Source of the DNA: a virus
Taxonomy: Duplodnaviria; Caudoviricetes
DNA: 53,222 bases
Virus record (IMG/VR): IMGVR_UViG_3300014501_000024
Coordinates: 1 to 53,222 of that record
Direction: 5' to 3' (one strand)
The notes under the pieces are model-generated. The model saw nothing but the letters and a program-made list of their open reading frames with translations. It did no database searches and was not told the DNA's origin. A program made the position numbers and the translations under genes. This document shows positions 1 through 9,735 of this stretch, piece after piece. Numbering within the stretch: position 1 is the stretch's first letter; every line of letters starts with the position of its first letter.

Positions 1-258
1 GGAGCGATGCAGCATCGGGAGTATCTCGGATCGCGGCAGGCTGACATGGATCTGGTTGACGTTCGGCGCCAGATTATAGCCAGTCGCCCCCAGCTCGTGC
101 AGGAGTTTCAAATGCTCCTCGGGCATCAGCCGGTACTGCACCGTGGCCACTGTGAGCGGCCAGTCGCTCGTCGCATAGGCCACGCGGCGAGCGGTCAGCG
201 TCTTGGCCTCCTCTATGATCTGATCTTTGACGACAGATGATAGCTTGTAGTTGGGCAT
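1..258 (-). CDS. hypothetical phage early protein (partial, runs off window start)
   Basis: ATG at 258 (MPNYKLSSVVKDQ...), open to the window edge, same strand as the early operon; translated by eye. Confidence 0.55.
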   Translation of the reverse strand, partial: MPNYKLSSVVKDQIIEEAKTLTARRVAYATSDWPLTVATVQYRLMPEEHLKLLHELGATGYNLAPNVNQIHVSLPRSEILPMLHRS

Positions 259-348
259 GAGAGTGGACCTCGACAGGTGTGTATACTCTTTACGACGGTA
301 GTGAATAACTTCCCCTCTCGGCAGAGGGAGTGGGCCGCCGGGGCTTTC

Positions 349-1665
349 TCAGACGTTGATCCGCACGACTTCACCAAACGGCACATGCACGTCCGTTGTC
401 GCACACCAAACGACGGGGTACGCGGGCGGCTTGCTCGGGAAACTGCCGTAAAGATCTGTAATGTATACCAATGTCTCAGGCGCGATGTGCTCTCGCTCAA
501 GGTGCTCGAACACCGGCACGAACGATGTGCCGCCGCCACCGGGCGCACCCTTCACGCGCACGTCGGCCAGCTCGTCCAGCGAACTCACCTCGTCCACACG
601 CTGCACGCGGGCGTCGCAGAAAATCACCGTGATCTTCTTCGGCCGGATGTCGGATAGCACGCCACCCACTTCCGCGAAGAACGCGGCCAGCTCCTTGTCG
701 CCGATCGAGCCCGACGTGTCGATCGCCACCGCGACGTGCTCGGCCCCATAGCCCCGGCGGCCGGGCATAATCACCAGCGGGTTGAGCACCAGGCGCCGGC
801 GGTTCGGCCGGTTCCAGGTCTCGTGCCGAGCGCCCATGTGGCCGGTCAGGATCATGCGGATATGGTCTTGCCAGGTTACCTGCGGCTCCAGGATCTCCTC
901 GACCATGCGCTTGATGCGCTCGGGATACTTGCCCATGGCCTTGGCAGCACTCGCCGCCCGTGCGATGGCTTCCTTGAACTCGCTCTCGTCGGGCGCGTCT
1001 TCCTTACCCGTCACCGGGTCGACACCGGGCTCCATCAGCCCATCGAAGCCGCCGCCATTGCCCGCCGCCTTGGGGTCATGCTTGGCTCCCTTGGGTGCCT
1101 TGCCGGAACCTCCCAGGGTCTTATTGTCTCGTCCTTGGCCGCCGCTGGCGCCCGCGTCCTCACCGTTGTCACCTCCCTTGGGCTTCTTCTTGTAGGTGCG
1201 GCCGTACACATCCTCAGTCAGCTCGTCGCCGGTGGTCTCGGGATCGTAGAGCCAGGCCGGGTTGCACAGACCGACGCCGTCCTCCAGCAGCCCGGCATTG
1301 ATCACATAGTCCGCCGCGATGTTGAATTGCTCTTGGTCGAACGGTGTGCCGCGACACTCGCCGGCGAGCTTGTAGGACTTCATCCGCTGCGGATGCCGCG
1401 CCACGAAATGCGCCACCTCATGGGCGAACACGAACACCGCCTCGGGCGGCTTGAGCGTGGCGAGATAGGCTGGGTTGATGAACACATGGCGGCCGTCAGT
1501 GGCGGCCATCGGCACGTCCAGGGTCAAAACTTCCTTCATCTCGCTGAAAAACAGGTGCGCGTAGAACGGACAGGCGCTCATGAACCCGACACGCGCCACC
1601 TGGAGCGCACGCGCCTGATCGGCGGTTGGTGTGACATCGGCAAAGGGATGCGTTGAAGCTGACAT
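349..1665 (-). CDS. metallopeptidase-like (DUF2201-type) + vWA domain protein
   Basis: AATDG...AHEVAH (HExxH)...NIAADYVIN N-terminal domain; C-terminal DTSGS MIDAS motif, GGGGTSF and YITDLYG. Confidence 0.9.
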   Translation of the reverse strand: MSASTHPFADVTPTADQARALQVARVGFMSACPFYAHLFFSEMKEVLTLDVPMAATDGRHVFINPAYLATLKPPEAVFVFAHEVAHFVARHPQRMKSYKLAGECRGTPFDQEQFNIAADYVINAGLLEDGVGLCNPAWLYDPETTGDELTEDVYGRTYKKKPKGGDNGEDAGASGGQGRDNKTLGGSGKAPKGAKHDPKAAGNGGGFDGLMEPGVDPVTGKEDAPDESEFKEAIARAASAAKAMGKYPERIKRMVEEILEPQVTWQDHIRMILTGHMGARHETWNRPNRRRLVLNPLVIMPGRRGYGAEHVAVAIDTSGSIGDKELAAFFAEVGGVLSDIRPKKITVIFCDARVQRVDEVSSLDELADVRVKGAPGGGGTSFVPVFEHLEREHIAPETLVYITDLYGSFPSKPPAYPVVWCATTDVHVPFGEVVRINV

Positions 1666-1731
1666 AGTAGATTGGACCTTGGTTGGAGTATGTTTGGAGT
1701 GTATTTAGTTCACGTCGGTTTCGGCTAAAAC

Positions 1732-1962
1732 CTACGTAGTAATATTATTCAGAACTTCCACTATAATACCGGCGATCTCGCGTGATATACCACACGCAAT
1801 CGCACGGTAATTGTGCTGGCTCAGCGGGCGCTGATTATCCTCGATCTCGTAATACTGCACGAAGTCACTAGCGCCCACAAAGTCATACTGGCCGTGCGGG
1901 CGCGCTTGGGTCAGAATCACGCTGTATCGTGGGCGCGTGCTCGGCGCGATCGGCGCGTTCAT
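1732..1962 (-). CDS. hypothetical protein
   Basis: ATG at 1962 within the tightly packed leftward operon. Confidence 0.5.
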   Translation of the reverse strand: MNAPIAPSTRPRYSVILTQARPHGQYDFVGASDFVQYYEIEDNQRPLSQHNYRAIACGISREIAGIIVEVLNNITT

Positions 1963-1969
1963 TCGATGC

Positions 1970-2137
1970 TCACCCTCGCTCGGTCGGATGCGGCACCTGT
2001 GGCACGTCGCGCCACTCGGTGACACCGGTGCTGGCGTTGACCCATTGCTGCTGCAAGGTAATCCCCAGCCAGCGCAGGCGGGCGTTCGGCAGCCAGCCCG
2101 CGTCGTTGCGCAGATCCTCGGGTGTCACGATCGGCAT
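1970..2137 (-). CDS. small phage protein (LQQQW...EWRDVP type)
   Basis: ATG at 2137 right after the upstream stop; LQQxW...EWRDVP resembles recurrent small phage proteins. Confidence 0.6.
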   Translation of the reverse strand: MPIVTPEDLRNDAGWLPNARLRWLGITLQQQWVNASTGVTEWRDVPQVPHPTERG

Positions 2138-2138
2138 G

Positions 2139-3092
2139 CTACAACCCCCAGCCCGTGAGCTTGTCCGCGACGGAGCGAGCCTGGTCCGCCACGTCCCGAC
2201 GCACACCCTCGGATTTGCGCAGCGCCTTGGCATCGACACCCGCGAGCATGTCGGAGATGTCCCGCGTGATCTCGGCCGCACGCGGGTCCTGGGCGACGTT
2301 CCAGCCGGGGATCAGGATCATCAGCTCGCGCACATCCTCGACGGTGCTGGCGCGGAACGTGGCGGCGTCACCCTTGGCGTCAGTCTCGGTCAGGCGCCCA
2401 ACCATGTGGTTGACCCGCTCGCGCACCTGCTCCCACATCGCGGCCGAGGCGGTGGCCGCCATGCGGGATTGTTTGGCGGCGAGCCCCTTGGACAGCTTGC
2501 CCAGCATGGCGTCAGGCAGGCCCTGGAACTGGGTGCCGGCCGGGATCGGCTCGAAATCGAAGCTGACCCGGAAGCTGGCACGCACCTCAGTGACCGATGG
2601 ATAGTCGGCGTCAGCCAGTGCCGCGAGGTTGGTGCGCGCCTGGATCACGGCGGCTGGATACTCGTCTATAAATTTATCCAGGCTAGCGAGTGCCACCCGC
2701 TTGAGCCGCGACATCTCGCCCAGATATTTGTCGAACAGCATATTGGGCAGCAACCTGGGCCCGCGCATCCGCTCGGTCGGCGAGCCGGCGACCCATGGCA
2801 GGGTCAGCGCATAGTGCTGGTTGCGCACCGCGGCGTAGGCACCCTTGCAGTCCTTGTAGCTGCCGTCCACGCCAGCCAGCAGGTTCTTCACGGCGCGACC
2901 GACATTGCCCGTGGCGCCCGCGTCAGCCTTCACCTTGTCCATGATGGCGCGGTCCGATCGCTCGGCGCCCCAGATGGATATGCTCACGCTGGCCAGCATG
3001 GCGGTCGAGCGCACCGCCTCACTCAGATCGGCGCCCGTCAGCATCGTTGTTTGAGCGTCGGGCGGCTCGGATAGCTGATAGGCTACGTCCAT
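2139..3092 (-). CDS. DUF3150-like helical protein of the AAA/vWA module
   Basis: 317 aa with AGGAG RBS; TLPW...GPRLLP...ADYPS...F motifs; lies between the AAA and vWA genes. Confidence 0.7.
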   Translation of the reverse strand: MDVAYQLSEPPDAQTTMLTGADLSEAVRSTAMLASVSISIWGAERSDRAIMDKVKADAGATGNVGRAVKNLLAGVDGSYKDCKGAYAAVRNQHYALTLPWVAGSPTERMRGPRLLPNMLFDKYLGEMSRLKRVALASLDKFIDEYPAAVIQARTNLAALADADYPSVTEVRASFRVSFDFEPIPAGTQFQGLPDAMLGKLSKGLAAKQSRMAATASAAMWEQVRERVNHMVGRLTETDAKGDAATFRASTVEDVRELMILIPGWNVAQDPRAAEITRDISDMLAGVDAKALRKSEGVRRDVADQARSVADKLTGWGL

Positions 3093-3113
3093 GTGATTGG
3101 CTCCTGTTGAGTT

Positions 3114-3128
3114 TTACTACCGTCGTAA
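3114..3128. promoter_or_regulatory. dispersed operator-like palindrome TTACTACCGTCGTAA
   Basis: identical at 23769 and 35523; reverse complement at 21390. Confidence 0.7.
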
Positions 3129-3172
3129 TTGTCGGGCAAGCCGGGGAGCTACCCCCGGCGATGCGTCACCGA

Positions 3173-4348
3173 TCACGAGTTCGAGGCAATTATCAGATCC
3201 TTGTTTTGTTGAAGCCATTGTGTAAATCCAACCGTGTTAAGCATAAACTTGGCGGTCTTCGGCTGCGCCTGGATCGCCCGTACACTCAACACCTGCATTT
3301 CGATCTTCAACCGCGAGATATACCGGATCACGTCCGGCGCGTTCTTCTCAGTCACGTTGTGTGCCAGCATGTAGCCGCACACCATTTGCGCATCGGCATT
3401 GGTGGGCAGCTTGGCCTTGGCCGGGTCGCGTTCGATGTCGGCGATCTCGGGCAACTCGTTTGCGTAGCGAAGGTGGGTAAAAAACTGCGCGGACTCGCCG
3501 CCACCGATCCAGCCTGATGCCACCTCGCGAGCGATCGGATCCAACGGCAGGCGATCCTTGGCGATATCCTCCTGCGAGCGCAAGGCCATCAGATCCCGAT
3601 CGAGCAGGCACAGGGTCCTGGGCGTGCAGAACGGATCGGAACCCGGCGGCACAGTGTCGCGGAACACCAGATGCGGCTGCTTCTGGGCGAAGCTCATGGT
3701 CAGATAGTGCGGCCGGTTGGCCGGCGCCTGCGCATTGGCCCAGTCGATCCAGCAAGCCGGGCTCGGATCCACCACCAGCTGGCAGCGCCGGTTGATGATG
3801 AACATCAGCTCACGCATGACGCCGGACCGGTCTGACATGCGGTTGCCCGCCGCGACCACCCGCCAGCCCATGGGCAGCTCGGTGGTGCCGACGATGCCGC
3901 GATAGATCAGCTCGGCCGCCGGCTTCTTGACCTCATCCTCGGCCTGGCCGAACTCGTCCAGGAACAATATGCCCACGCGCGGCACGGTGTGTTGCCAGGT
4001 GCCCGGCTTGTGCCAGGTGCCGTCGGGCTCGACCACATAGGTGGTCATCTTGGTCGGATACCAGGGCGGCGTGGAGAAGTAGGTGTCCATACCCGCCTGT
4101 CCGTCGGCGCGCTTGGCCGGCATCATGAAGCCGCGCACATCCACGGAGGAAATCGTGGCCAGCATAAAAACCACGACGCCAACGGGTTCATTCAATGTCA
4201 CCGCGAGATTGGCCGCGGTCTGCATTACGCCGTCGGACTTGCCGATGCCCGGCCCCGACAGAAGGTATAAGCCGTTGGCGCGGTGCGAACCGCTCAGCGC
4301 CGCGACGTGGGTGCGCAGCATAACTTGTTTGGCTTGATCAAGGTTCAT
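3173..4348 (-). CDS. MoxR-like AAA+ ATPase
   Basis: Walker A SGPGIGKS, Walker B ILFLDE, VVAAGNR sensor, CTPR. Confidence 0.9.
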   Translation of the reverse strand: MNLDQAKQVMLRTHVAALSGSHRANGLYLLSGPGIGKSDGVMQTAANLAVTLNEPVGVVVFMLATISSVDVRGFMMPAKRADGQAGMDTYFSTPPWYPTKMTTYVVEPDGTWHKPGTWQHTVPRVGILFLDEFGQAEDEVKKPAAELIYRGIVGTTELPMGWRVVAAGNRMSDRSGVMRELMFIINRRCQLVVDPSPACWIDWANAQAPANRPHYLTMSFAQKQPHLVFRDTVPPGSDPFCTPRTLCLLDRDLMALRSQEDIAKDRLPLDPIAREVASGWIGGGESAQFFTHLRYANELPEIADIERDPAKAKLPTNADAQMVCGYMLAHNVTEKNAPDVIRYISRLKIEMQVLSVRAIQAQPKTAKFMLNTVGFTQWLQQNKDLIIASNS

Positions 4349-4469
4349 AAGATTTGGTTGACCTCGGTTTTAGTTGTGATTGTTCACAGCCGCACTCGGC
4401 ATGCGGTCCGTGTAGGTGTTTGGTTTTTTACGACGGTAGTGTTTATTCAGGATGAAGGTAAGGACAATT

Positions 4470-4643
4470 TTACCTCCTACTCAACCCCAGAGCTTCGCGC
4501 CGGTCGGCTTCGGTCAGGACCTTGTTGACTTCGGCCAGCCGGTCCCATGGACCTTGTGTTGGCACCGCAGCAGCTGTCCAGCGCAAACCGTAGCGGGCAA
4601 TCAGGGCGCGGAACTCGATCATGGCTTCATCGCGGGTCATCAT
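4470..4643 (-). CDS. hypothetical protein
   Basis: ATG at 4643 overlaps the upstream stop (ATGA). Confidence 0.55.
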   Translation of the reverse strand: MMTRDEAMIEFRALIARYGLRWTAAAVPTQGPWDRLAEVNKVLTEADRREALGLSRR

Positions 4644-5098
4644 GGTGTCTCGCCCACCGGCGCACCCGTGATGTCCAGCTCGACACTCTCGTCCGCGCAG
4701 TAGGACTTGCCGCAGCTCGAACATTCATCGTCGCAGGCGCAGGACCAGTTCATGGTCCATTCCTGCCCACAGTCATCACATTGGTAGTGGTTCTCGAACA
4801 GGCATGGCTCGCCGTCGGAGTCCACGTCGCCCTTCCAGACGTCGCTGTCCGCGACCCACACCCACGCCATCACGTAGGCTCCCTGATCGTCGCTCAGCGA
4901 CACCACGGCCGAGCTGTCGATCTCCAGCTCGCCATCGCGCTGCTTGTCGCGGGCGGCCTCGACGTAGGCTTCCTCGACGCGGCCCTTCGCTTGGAACGCC
5001 ACAGTGCAGGATGCGAACGTCAAGCCCTTAGAGATCAGCGTGCGTAGCGCCGCTTGCAATTCGTCGCCGGTCAGCGTGGGTGAATTTTGTTCGTTCAT
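4640..5098 (-). CDS. hypothetical protein with C-terminal Cys-rich putative Zn-binding domain
   Basis: ATG at 5098; CDDC...WSCACDDECSSC. Confidence 0.65.
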   Translation of the reverse strand: MNEQNSPTLTGDELQAALRTLISKGLTFASCTVAFQAKGRVEEAYVEAARDKQRDGELEIDSSAVVSLSDDQGAYVMAWVWVADSDVWKGDVDSDGEPCLFENHYQCDDCGQEWTMNWSCACDDECSSCGKSYCADESVELDITGAPVGETP

Positions 5099-5153
5099 TC
5101 GATGTTCTTCTTTACTTCCGTAGTAAATGTTAGGGTGAATCAAGCAAACCCAC

Positions 5154-5507
5154 TCATCCCTTGGGGTGCGCGAGCCCGCGAGCCAGTAACTCAAGGGGAC
5201 CACATAGTGGGTTCGCAGCGTAGACATCGGTCGGTCGCTCGTTATACCAAAGTCCACCCACGTCGATGTGGTACGGTTGGCCGAAACCGAGCGCCTTGCA
5301 GATCGCGTTGACGCTATTCCTGGTGATGACCATGTTAGATCCGCACAAGCTTGTATAGATCATGCCCGTGTCGTCACCGCGCCAGGCGATGCGCCAGCGA
5401 TGGTAAACCACTTCGTCGCCCGTGCAGAAGGTGTCATACTTTGTAATAGTGGTGACACGCCTATCCTTCAGCGCTTCGGCCATGGTGGTGAAGACCGACA
5501 AGCTCAC
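5154..5507 (-). CDS. hypothetical protein
   Basis: ORF track; start overlaps the upstream gene stop. Confidence 0.5.
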   Translation of the reverse strand: MSLSVFTTMAEALKDRRVTTITKYDTFCTGDEVVYHRWRIAWRGDDTGMIYTSLCGSNMVITRNSVNAICKALGFGQPYHIDVGGLWYNERPTDVYAANPLCGPLELLARGLAHPKG

Positions 5508-5779
5508 CTAAAAATCTCCACACATAGCGTCTTATCCTGGTTGACAATCGTCGCGACTGGCACACGCGCACCGCGGCCGGCGATCATATTCCAGGCGCGA
5601 TCGAGCATGGTGGCCAGCTCCAGCGCGTCGATCGAGCCCGGCACGGTGTGCTTGCCGTCGGTCAGATAGTCCGTGGTGGCGTTCTTGACCGCGACGTGAA
5701 GCTGCTCGCTCTCGCCTTTGACCTGGAAGAAACCGTCTTTGTGGACATTGGTGTGGGTCAGATAGACGCGAAAGGCCAT
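5504..5779 (-). CDS. hypothetical protein
   Basis: ATG at 5779 preceded by AGGAG. Confidence 0.6.
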   Translation of the reverse strand: MAFRVYLTHTNVHKDGFFQVKGESEQLHVAVKNATTDYLTDGKHTVPGSIDALELATMLDRAWNMIAGRGARVPVATIVNQDKTLCVEIFR

Positions 5780-5808
5780 GGTGTTTACTCCTGTAGTAAG
5801 TGTTAACG

Positions 5809-6240
5809 CTATTTGGACAAGCCAGCGCGATACGCGAGCACGCCCAAGGGACCGCACACAATAAAGGGCTCGCCAATGTGGGTCAGTTGATCGCCAAAGA
5901 ACCACGCACTCGATTGGCCGTCGCGCCGTTCGCGCGTGATTATTCTGGGCGCACTCGTGAGCGGATCAATGGCGCGCGTTATATGCTCGATCACGCGACG
6001 CGAATACTGTGTGCTTGGCCCTGTCGGGAGAACCGCGACTAAGCTGCCCGAGGTTTCGTCGAACCACGCTATCTTTGCATCGCTTAATTTGAGCACGCCG
6101 CCATGTGTGGTCAGGTTCGCGAGCTTGTTGATGTAGATCTTGCGACCCGCGAGGAACGCCGCGATCACGAGCTGGTCGTCATTATAGGGGAATAGGTGCC
6201 GCTCGCCGTCCGCGTCCGGGTCGTGATTTTTATCGTTCAT
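5809..6240 (-). CDS. hypothetical protein
   Basis: ORF track, operon context. Confidence 0.55.
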   Translation of the reverse strand: MNDKNHDPDADGERHLFPYNDDQLVIAAFLAGRKIYINKLANLTTHGGVLKLSDAKIAWFDETSGSLVAVLPTGPSTQYSRRVIEHITRAIDPLTSAPRIITRERRDGQSSAWFFGDQLTHIGEPFIVCGPLGVLAYRAGLSK

Positions 6241-6404
6241 CGGTCCTGGCTTTCGGGTTGCATGGGTGGGTTCTCATAGTCGGAGATCGCTTGGTTCATA
6301 TCGCTGATCGCCGCCGCTCGCGGGTTATAAAATTGCCCGCGGATCAGGCCAATCACCAAAATGGCCGCGATCACCCACAGAATAAGTTTCGTGCTATTTT
6401 CCAT
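6237..6404 (-). CDS. small single-TM membrane protein (55 aa)
   Basis: MENSTKLILWVIAAILVIGLIRG..., GGGAG RBS, stop overlaps the next ATG; below the ORF-track cutoff. Confidence 0.55.
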   Translation of the reverse strand: MENSTKLILWVIAAILVIGLIRGQFYNPRAAAISDMNQAISDYENPPMQPESQDR

Positions 6405-6431
6405 GCTCTCCCAGCCCTCACTACGTAATAA

Positions 6432-6887
6432 CTTTCGGACTAGACAAAAGTTATAAGGGTCGCGGGCTGAAAAGACTGAAATTAGGCATATCAGTCACTT
6501 ACGAATTGTAGCTATCGTATCCAGGAAAATCACGTTAAGAAGGCGATTGAAGCTGTTGAAAAGACTGGTTAAAGCTATCAAAGCTATTAAAACGTCCAAA
6601 ATCTTGTATAGACACCTACAGAGATGTTCCCTATGCGCGTAACGAAAAAAGTTCATTCAATAATTTCGTGCGTAGCGCAATTTTATTTACGCCCTATAGG
6701 AAAGCCAAAAACCCGCGTATATATAAAAAAACCATAGATATAATAGTTATAATGGATATAATAATTAAAAACTCCAGCTTGCTCTAGGGCTTCCACGAAA
6801 TCGACCATAACCAAAGCCTAGCTTTTGACTAGGCTATGGTTGCTATGGTTCGCGGCTTTGGTCCAGCTAATTCTTCGCGTGTTAAAA
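6432..6887. other. AT-rich non-coding region with short repeats and an inverted repeat; candidate replication origin or promoter region
   Basis: markedly AT-rich versus the genome; GAAAAGACTG x2, AAAGCTAT x2; ACCATAACCAAAGCCTAG...CTAGGCTATGGTTGCTATGGT inverted repeat at ~6804-6850. Confidence 0.4.
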
Positions 6888-7877
6888 TTAAGCCGCCGCA
6901 AGCTCCAGATTGTCGCCCAAAAGGCTATCTACGTCCATCGCGTCGAGCACATCGTCACCCAAAACATCGGCGATCACGTCTACCTTAATAATCTTGGGTG
7001 AGTTCGTTACGGGTATAGGGAGCATCTTGGGGGTCGGCTGAAGGCCCGGCTTCGCGACCGTGACGAACGGCGAGGGCTTGTTTACTACGGAAGTGTTAAT
7101 GTTGGTCGTAACCACGGGCGTGTGCGCCTGGATGTCCTTAACATCCTCCTCAGTGAGCGCATTTTTACGTGCCTGCGCTGCGGTAACATGTTCAACGGTA
7201 ACGCGCTGCAAACTTTCGATCGCCACGCCGATGTCATCCACAGGAAAATCTGTGTGAAACTCCTGTAGCTTAGACAGAAGGTTTTCCAGCTTGGTGAACA
7301 CCTTGCCCACGTTGTGATCCGGGTCGTTCTCAATCGCGTAGTCTATCAGCGTGGCTTCTTCCTGGATAAGAATTCCATCGTTGATCGCAGCTTTCATCGC
7401 GCCGGTAATCGCGTGGTACTTGCGCTTCGCCCACTTAGCGATGGGTCGTGGCGCGCCGTCGTTCAGCTCGACCTGTTGGGCTTCATTTTCCCAAGCAAGA
7501 TTTACCACGTCGACCAACGTGCGAAAGTTATCCCGCACGGCTGGATGTGCGGCGTAGCAAATTTCATACAGGAAAGTCTTAACCGAGCTTTCTGCTTTTG
7601 GTCCGCCGTTACCCTTGACGACATCCTTGACGGCACTCTTGACTTCCTCGGGATGCCAGTTATTTTTCTCTGCGAGATCAGCAACCACAAACATAATGTC
7701 CACGCGCTTGGAATTGACCACCTCGCCCGCGGCTTTCGCAGCGTCTTTGGCGTCATTGTGAAGGCTTACATCTACGTTGATATCGGCCGCGTTGACGCGC
7801 AGCGCGCTTGCAATCTCATCAACGCGCTTTTGGTTCAGATTAAACGTCGCGCCAGTAACCTTGGTTTTCTTTGCCAT
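6888..7877 (-). CDS. hypothetical early protein (329 aa), first gene of the leftward operon
   Basis: long ORF; GGAAG RBS lies inside the conserved motif. Confidence 0.75.
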   Translation of the reverse strand: MAKKTKVTGATFNLNQKRVDEIASALRVNAADINVDVSLHNDAKDAAKAAGEVVNSKRVDIMFVVADLAEKNNWHPEEVKSAVKDVVKGNGGPKAESSVKTFLYEICYAAHPAVRDNFRTLVDVVNLAWENEAQQVELNDGAPRPIAKWAKRKYHAITGAMKAAINDGILIQEEATLIDYAIENDPDHNVGKVFTKLENLLSKLQEFHTDFPVDDIGVAIESLQRVTVEHVTAAQARKNALTEEDVKDIQAHTPVVTTNINTSVVNKPSPFVTVAKPGLQPTPKMLPIPVTNSPKIIKVDVIADVLGDDVLDAMDVDSLLGDNLELAAA

Positions 7878-7905
7878 AGTGTTGTTTACTTCCGTAGTAA
7901 ATGTT

Positions 7906-8021
7906 AAGGATGCTCGATAAACACAGGGAAAACTCCCTATGCTTGTGGAGCATCCTTGCGTGTAGGTGTGACTACACGCGCGGAAATATTAAGCTCTTGC
8001 GAGTCGCTTGCTAGGCGACTC
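7906..8021 (-). promoter_or_regulatory. tandem stem-loops in the early-operon leader
   Basis: AAGGATGCTC/GAGCATCCTT (7906-7957), GCGTGTAG/CTACACGC (7958-7979), GAGTCGC/GCGACTC (8001-8021). Confidence 0.5.
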
Positions 8022-8440
8022 AACAAGTTTGGGCTTTTAGTTGATACACGGGCTGCGGCTAAAGAGAACCGAGACTGTTCCGTGGCGGCATATCAGGTAT
8101 AACCGAGGGGGTGATACCCCTGCCTCCTGACTGTTTCATCCTTTGTATCGCTGTTCGGAAGGGATACTTCCTGCGACCCGGTTAGCTTGGTCCGGGCTTG
8201 GCACGTTACTTAGGCTGGTAATACGCTAAATCCGTTTTTATTACGTAGTAACTGGACAGGGGGTATGCCCCCGGCACCAGGGGGGCCATCTGGACAAGGG
8301 GTGGGTGGCCAGGCCCGCCCAGGTAAGTCGCTCACACAAAAATCCCAAATTTTCCAAAGCCTTATAACCACCCCTAGTGTATTCTTGTTGATCTCTCACT
8401 ATCGTCGTAAATGTTCCTGACCTCAAACCCAGGACGCACC

Positions 8441-8908
8441 ATGAGCGATACAATCCAGCCGACCGATGAGACCGCCCTCGACAGTCGTCGCGACGATGAC
8501 GGCGACACCATGGCCGTCGAGATCAGCATTCCGCCCACGCCCGATGAGGTCGCCAGGGCCGCGGCAATCCGCGCCGCGTCGGATCCTACCAAGCCGAACG
8601 CCCCGGAGGCGCCGAGCACGGCCGCGCTGGACTACGTGCCGCCTGCGCCCGATCCGAGTGCCGCGACCGAGGACGCCGCGCACGCGGCGACGAACGAGCA
8701 GGCCGAGGACGGTATACATAAGGAGAGCGGCCTCGACGCCCGGCTGCACATGGCGCACGGGCTGGCCAGGCGGGGGCTGGCCTTCGCGTCGATCAACGAT
8801 CTGGCTAAGGCGGTGTTGCTTATGCTGGACATGCACCGGACGCCGAAACCCGCCGATAGCCCGGTCGCGATCGCGGCTGCGAGAGGTGAGGGACCCCCTT
8901 TGCTCTGA
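8441..8908 (+). CDS. hypothetical acidic protein
   Basis: ATG at 8441 with AGGA RBS; phage-like codon usage. Confidence 0.65.
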   Translation: MSDTIQPTDETALDSRRDDDGDTMAVEISIPPTPDEVARAAAIRAASDPTKPNAPEAPSTAALDYVPPAPDPSAATEDAAHAATNEQAEDGIHKESGLDARLHMAHGLARRGLAFASINDLAKAVLLMLDMHRTPKPADSPVAIAAARGEGPPLL

Positions 8909-9162
8909 ACGCTTTATATTGAGAGTCTTTATATAGAGGTTGCGCCCGCACCTGGAAACCGTACTAGGTGCGGCGCGATCTTATGCGAGTGTACTCGTAA
9001 GGGACCCTAAAGAACTCCTATAGGACTCCGACAGGGCCATATGATTTGCTACCGACTCGGGTTATAGTGCGTTCGCACAATCGCTAGGGTGCTGATAAAA
9101 TACGAGTTTAGCAAATATACGGCGAGGGTGCCGTGTTGGGGTAACCAGGGATCGAGTTGCAT

Positions 9163-9615
9163 ATGCCGGTAGCGAATAGGAAAAAGCTTTCATCGACCGT
9201 GGTGCAAGAGAAGAAAGTTTGGCCGCCGTTACCAAAATTGTCGCTGAGCATGGTCATGGCGATCGAGGAATATCTTATAGAGAAGTTCAAGTCTAAGCGA
9301 CCGCCTGAAGTTAGTGCGAAAGTCTTAGCTCTGGTGATCGAACTTCATCGACGTGGCGAACCATTTCCGTTGCGCGCGCACGTCGCGCATGATTTGAACT
9401 GCTCAAAGTTTGGCGTGGACGCGGCGCTCAACATGGCGATGGCGCGCGATCTGGTTGTGCTCAAGGTGACCATTCAGGAGAGCCTGACGATTTCACACCG
9501 GCCGGCGGTCACGCAGCACCGGTTTTTCATCCCGAGCCGCCGCTTGATCGCGGCATCGGGTCAGGCGCAGTCACCGTCGCCATCATCGTCGACGCGGCGT
9601 GCCGCAGCGCAGTAG
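9163..9615 (+). CDS. putative winged-helix DNA-binding protein (matched by the mini-array spacer)
   Basis: FPLRAHVAHDLNCSKFGVDAALNMAMARDLV HTH-like pattern. Confidence 0.6.
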   Translation: MPVANRKKLSSTVVQEKKVWPPLPKLSLSMVMAIEEYLIEKFKSKRPPEVSAKVLALVIELHRRGEPFPLRAHVAHDLNCSKFGVDAALNMAMARDLVVLKVTIQESLTISHRPAVTQHRFFIPSRRLIAASGQAQSPSPSSSTRRAAAQ

Positions 9616-9735
9616 CGGCGCAATAACAAAACTTTTGTATTACGTTAACGGTTGCGTTGGTCCGCGCGCCCGCCGATAGTCGTTCGGCGAAAACGCGGAG
9701 TTGATACTGTGAACGAGGTATATTATCTAAAGCAG

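Noticed and set aside
3114-3128. TTAC-N7-GTAA as a host CtrA box (TTAA-N7-TTAA) or alphaproteobacterial LexA box
   Set aside because: C and G at the discriminating positions are invariant and the interior is conserved; it fits neither consensus
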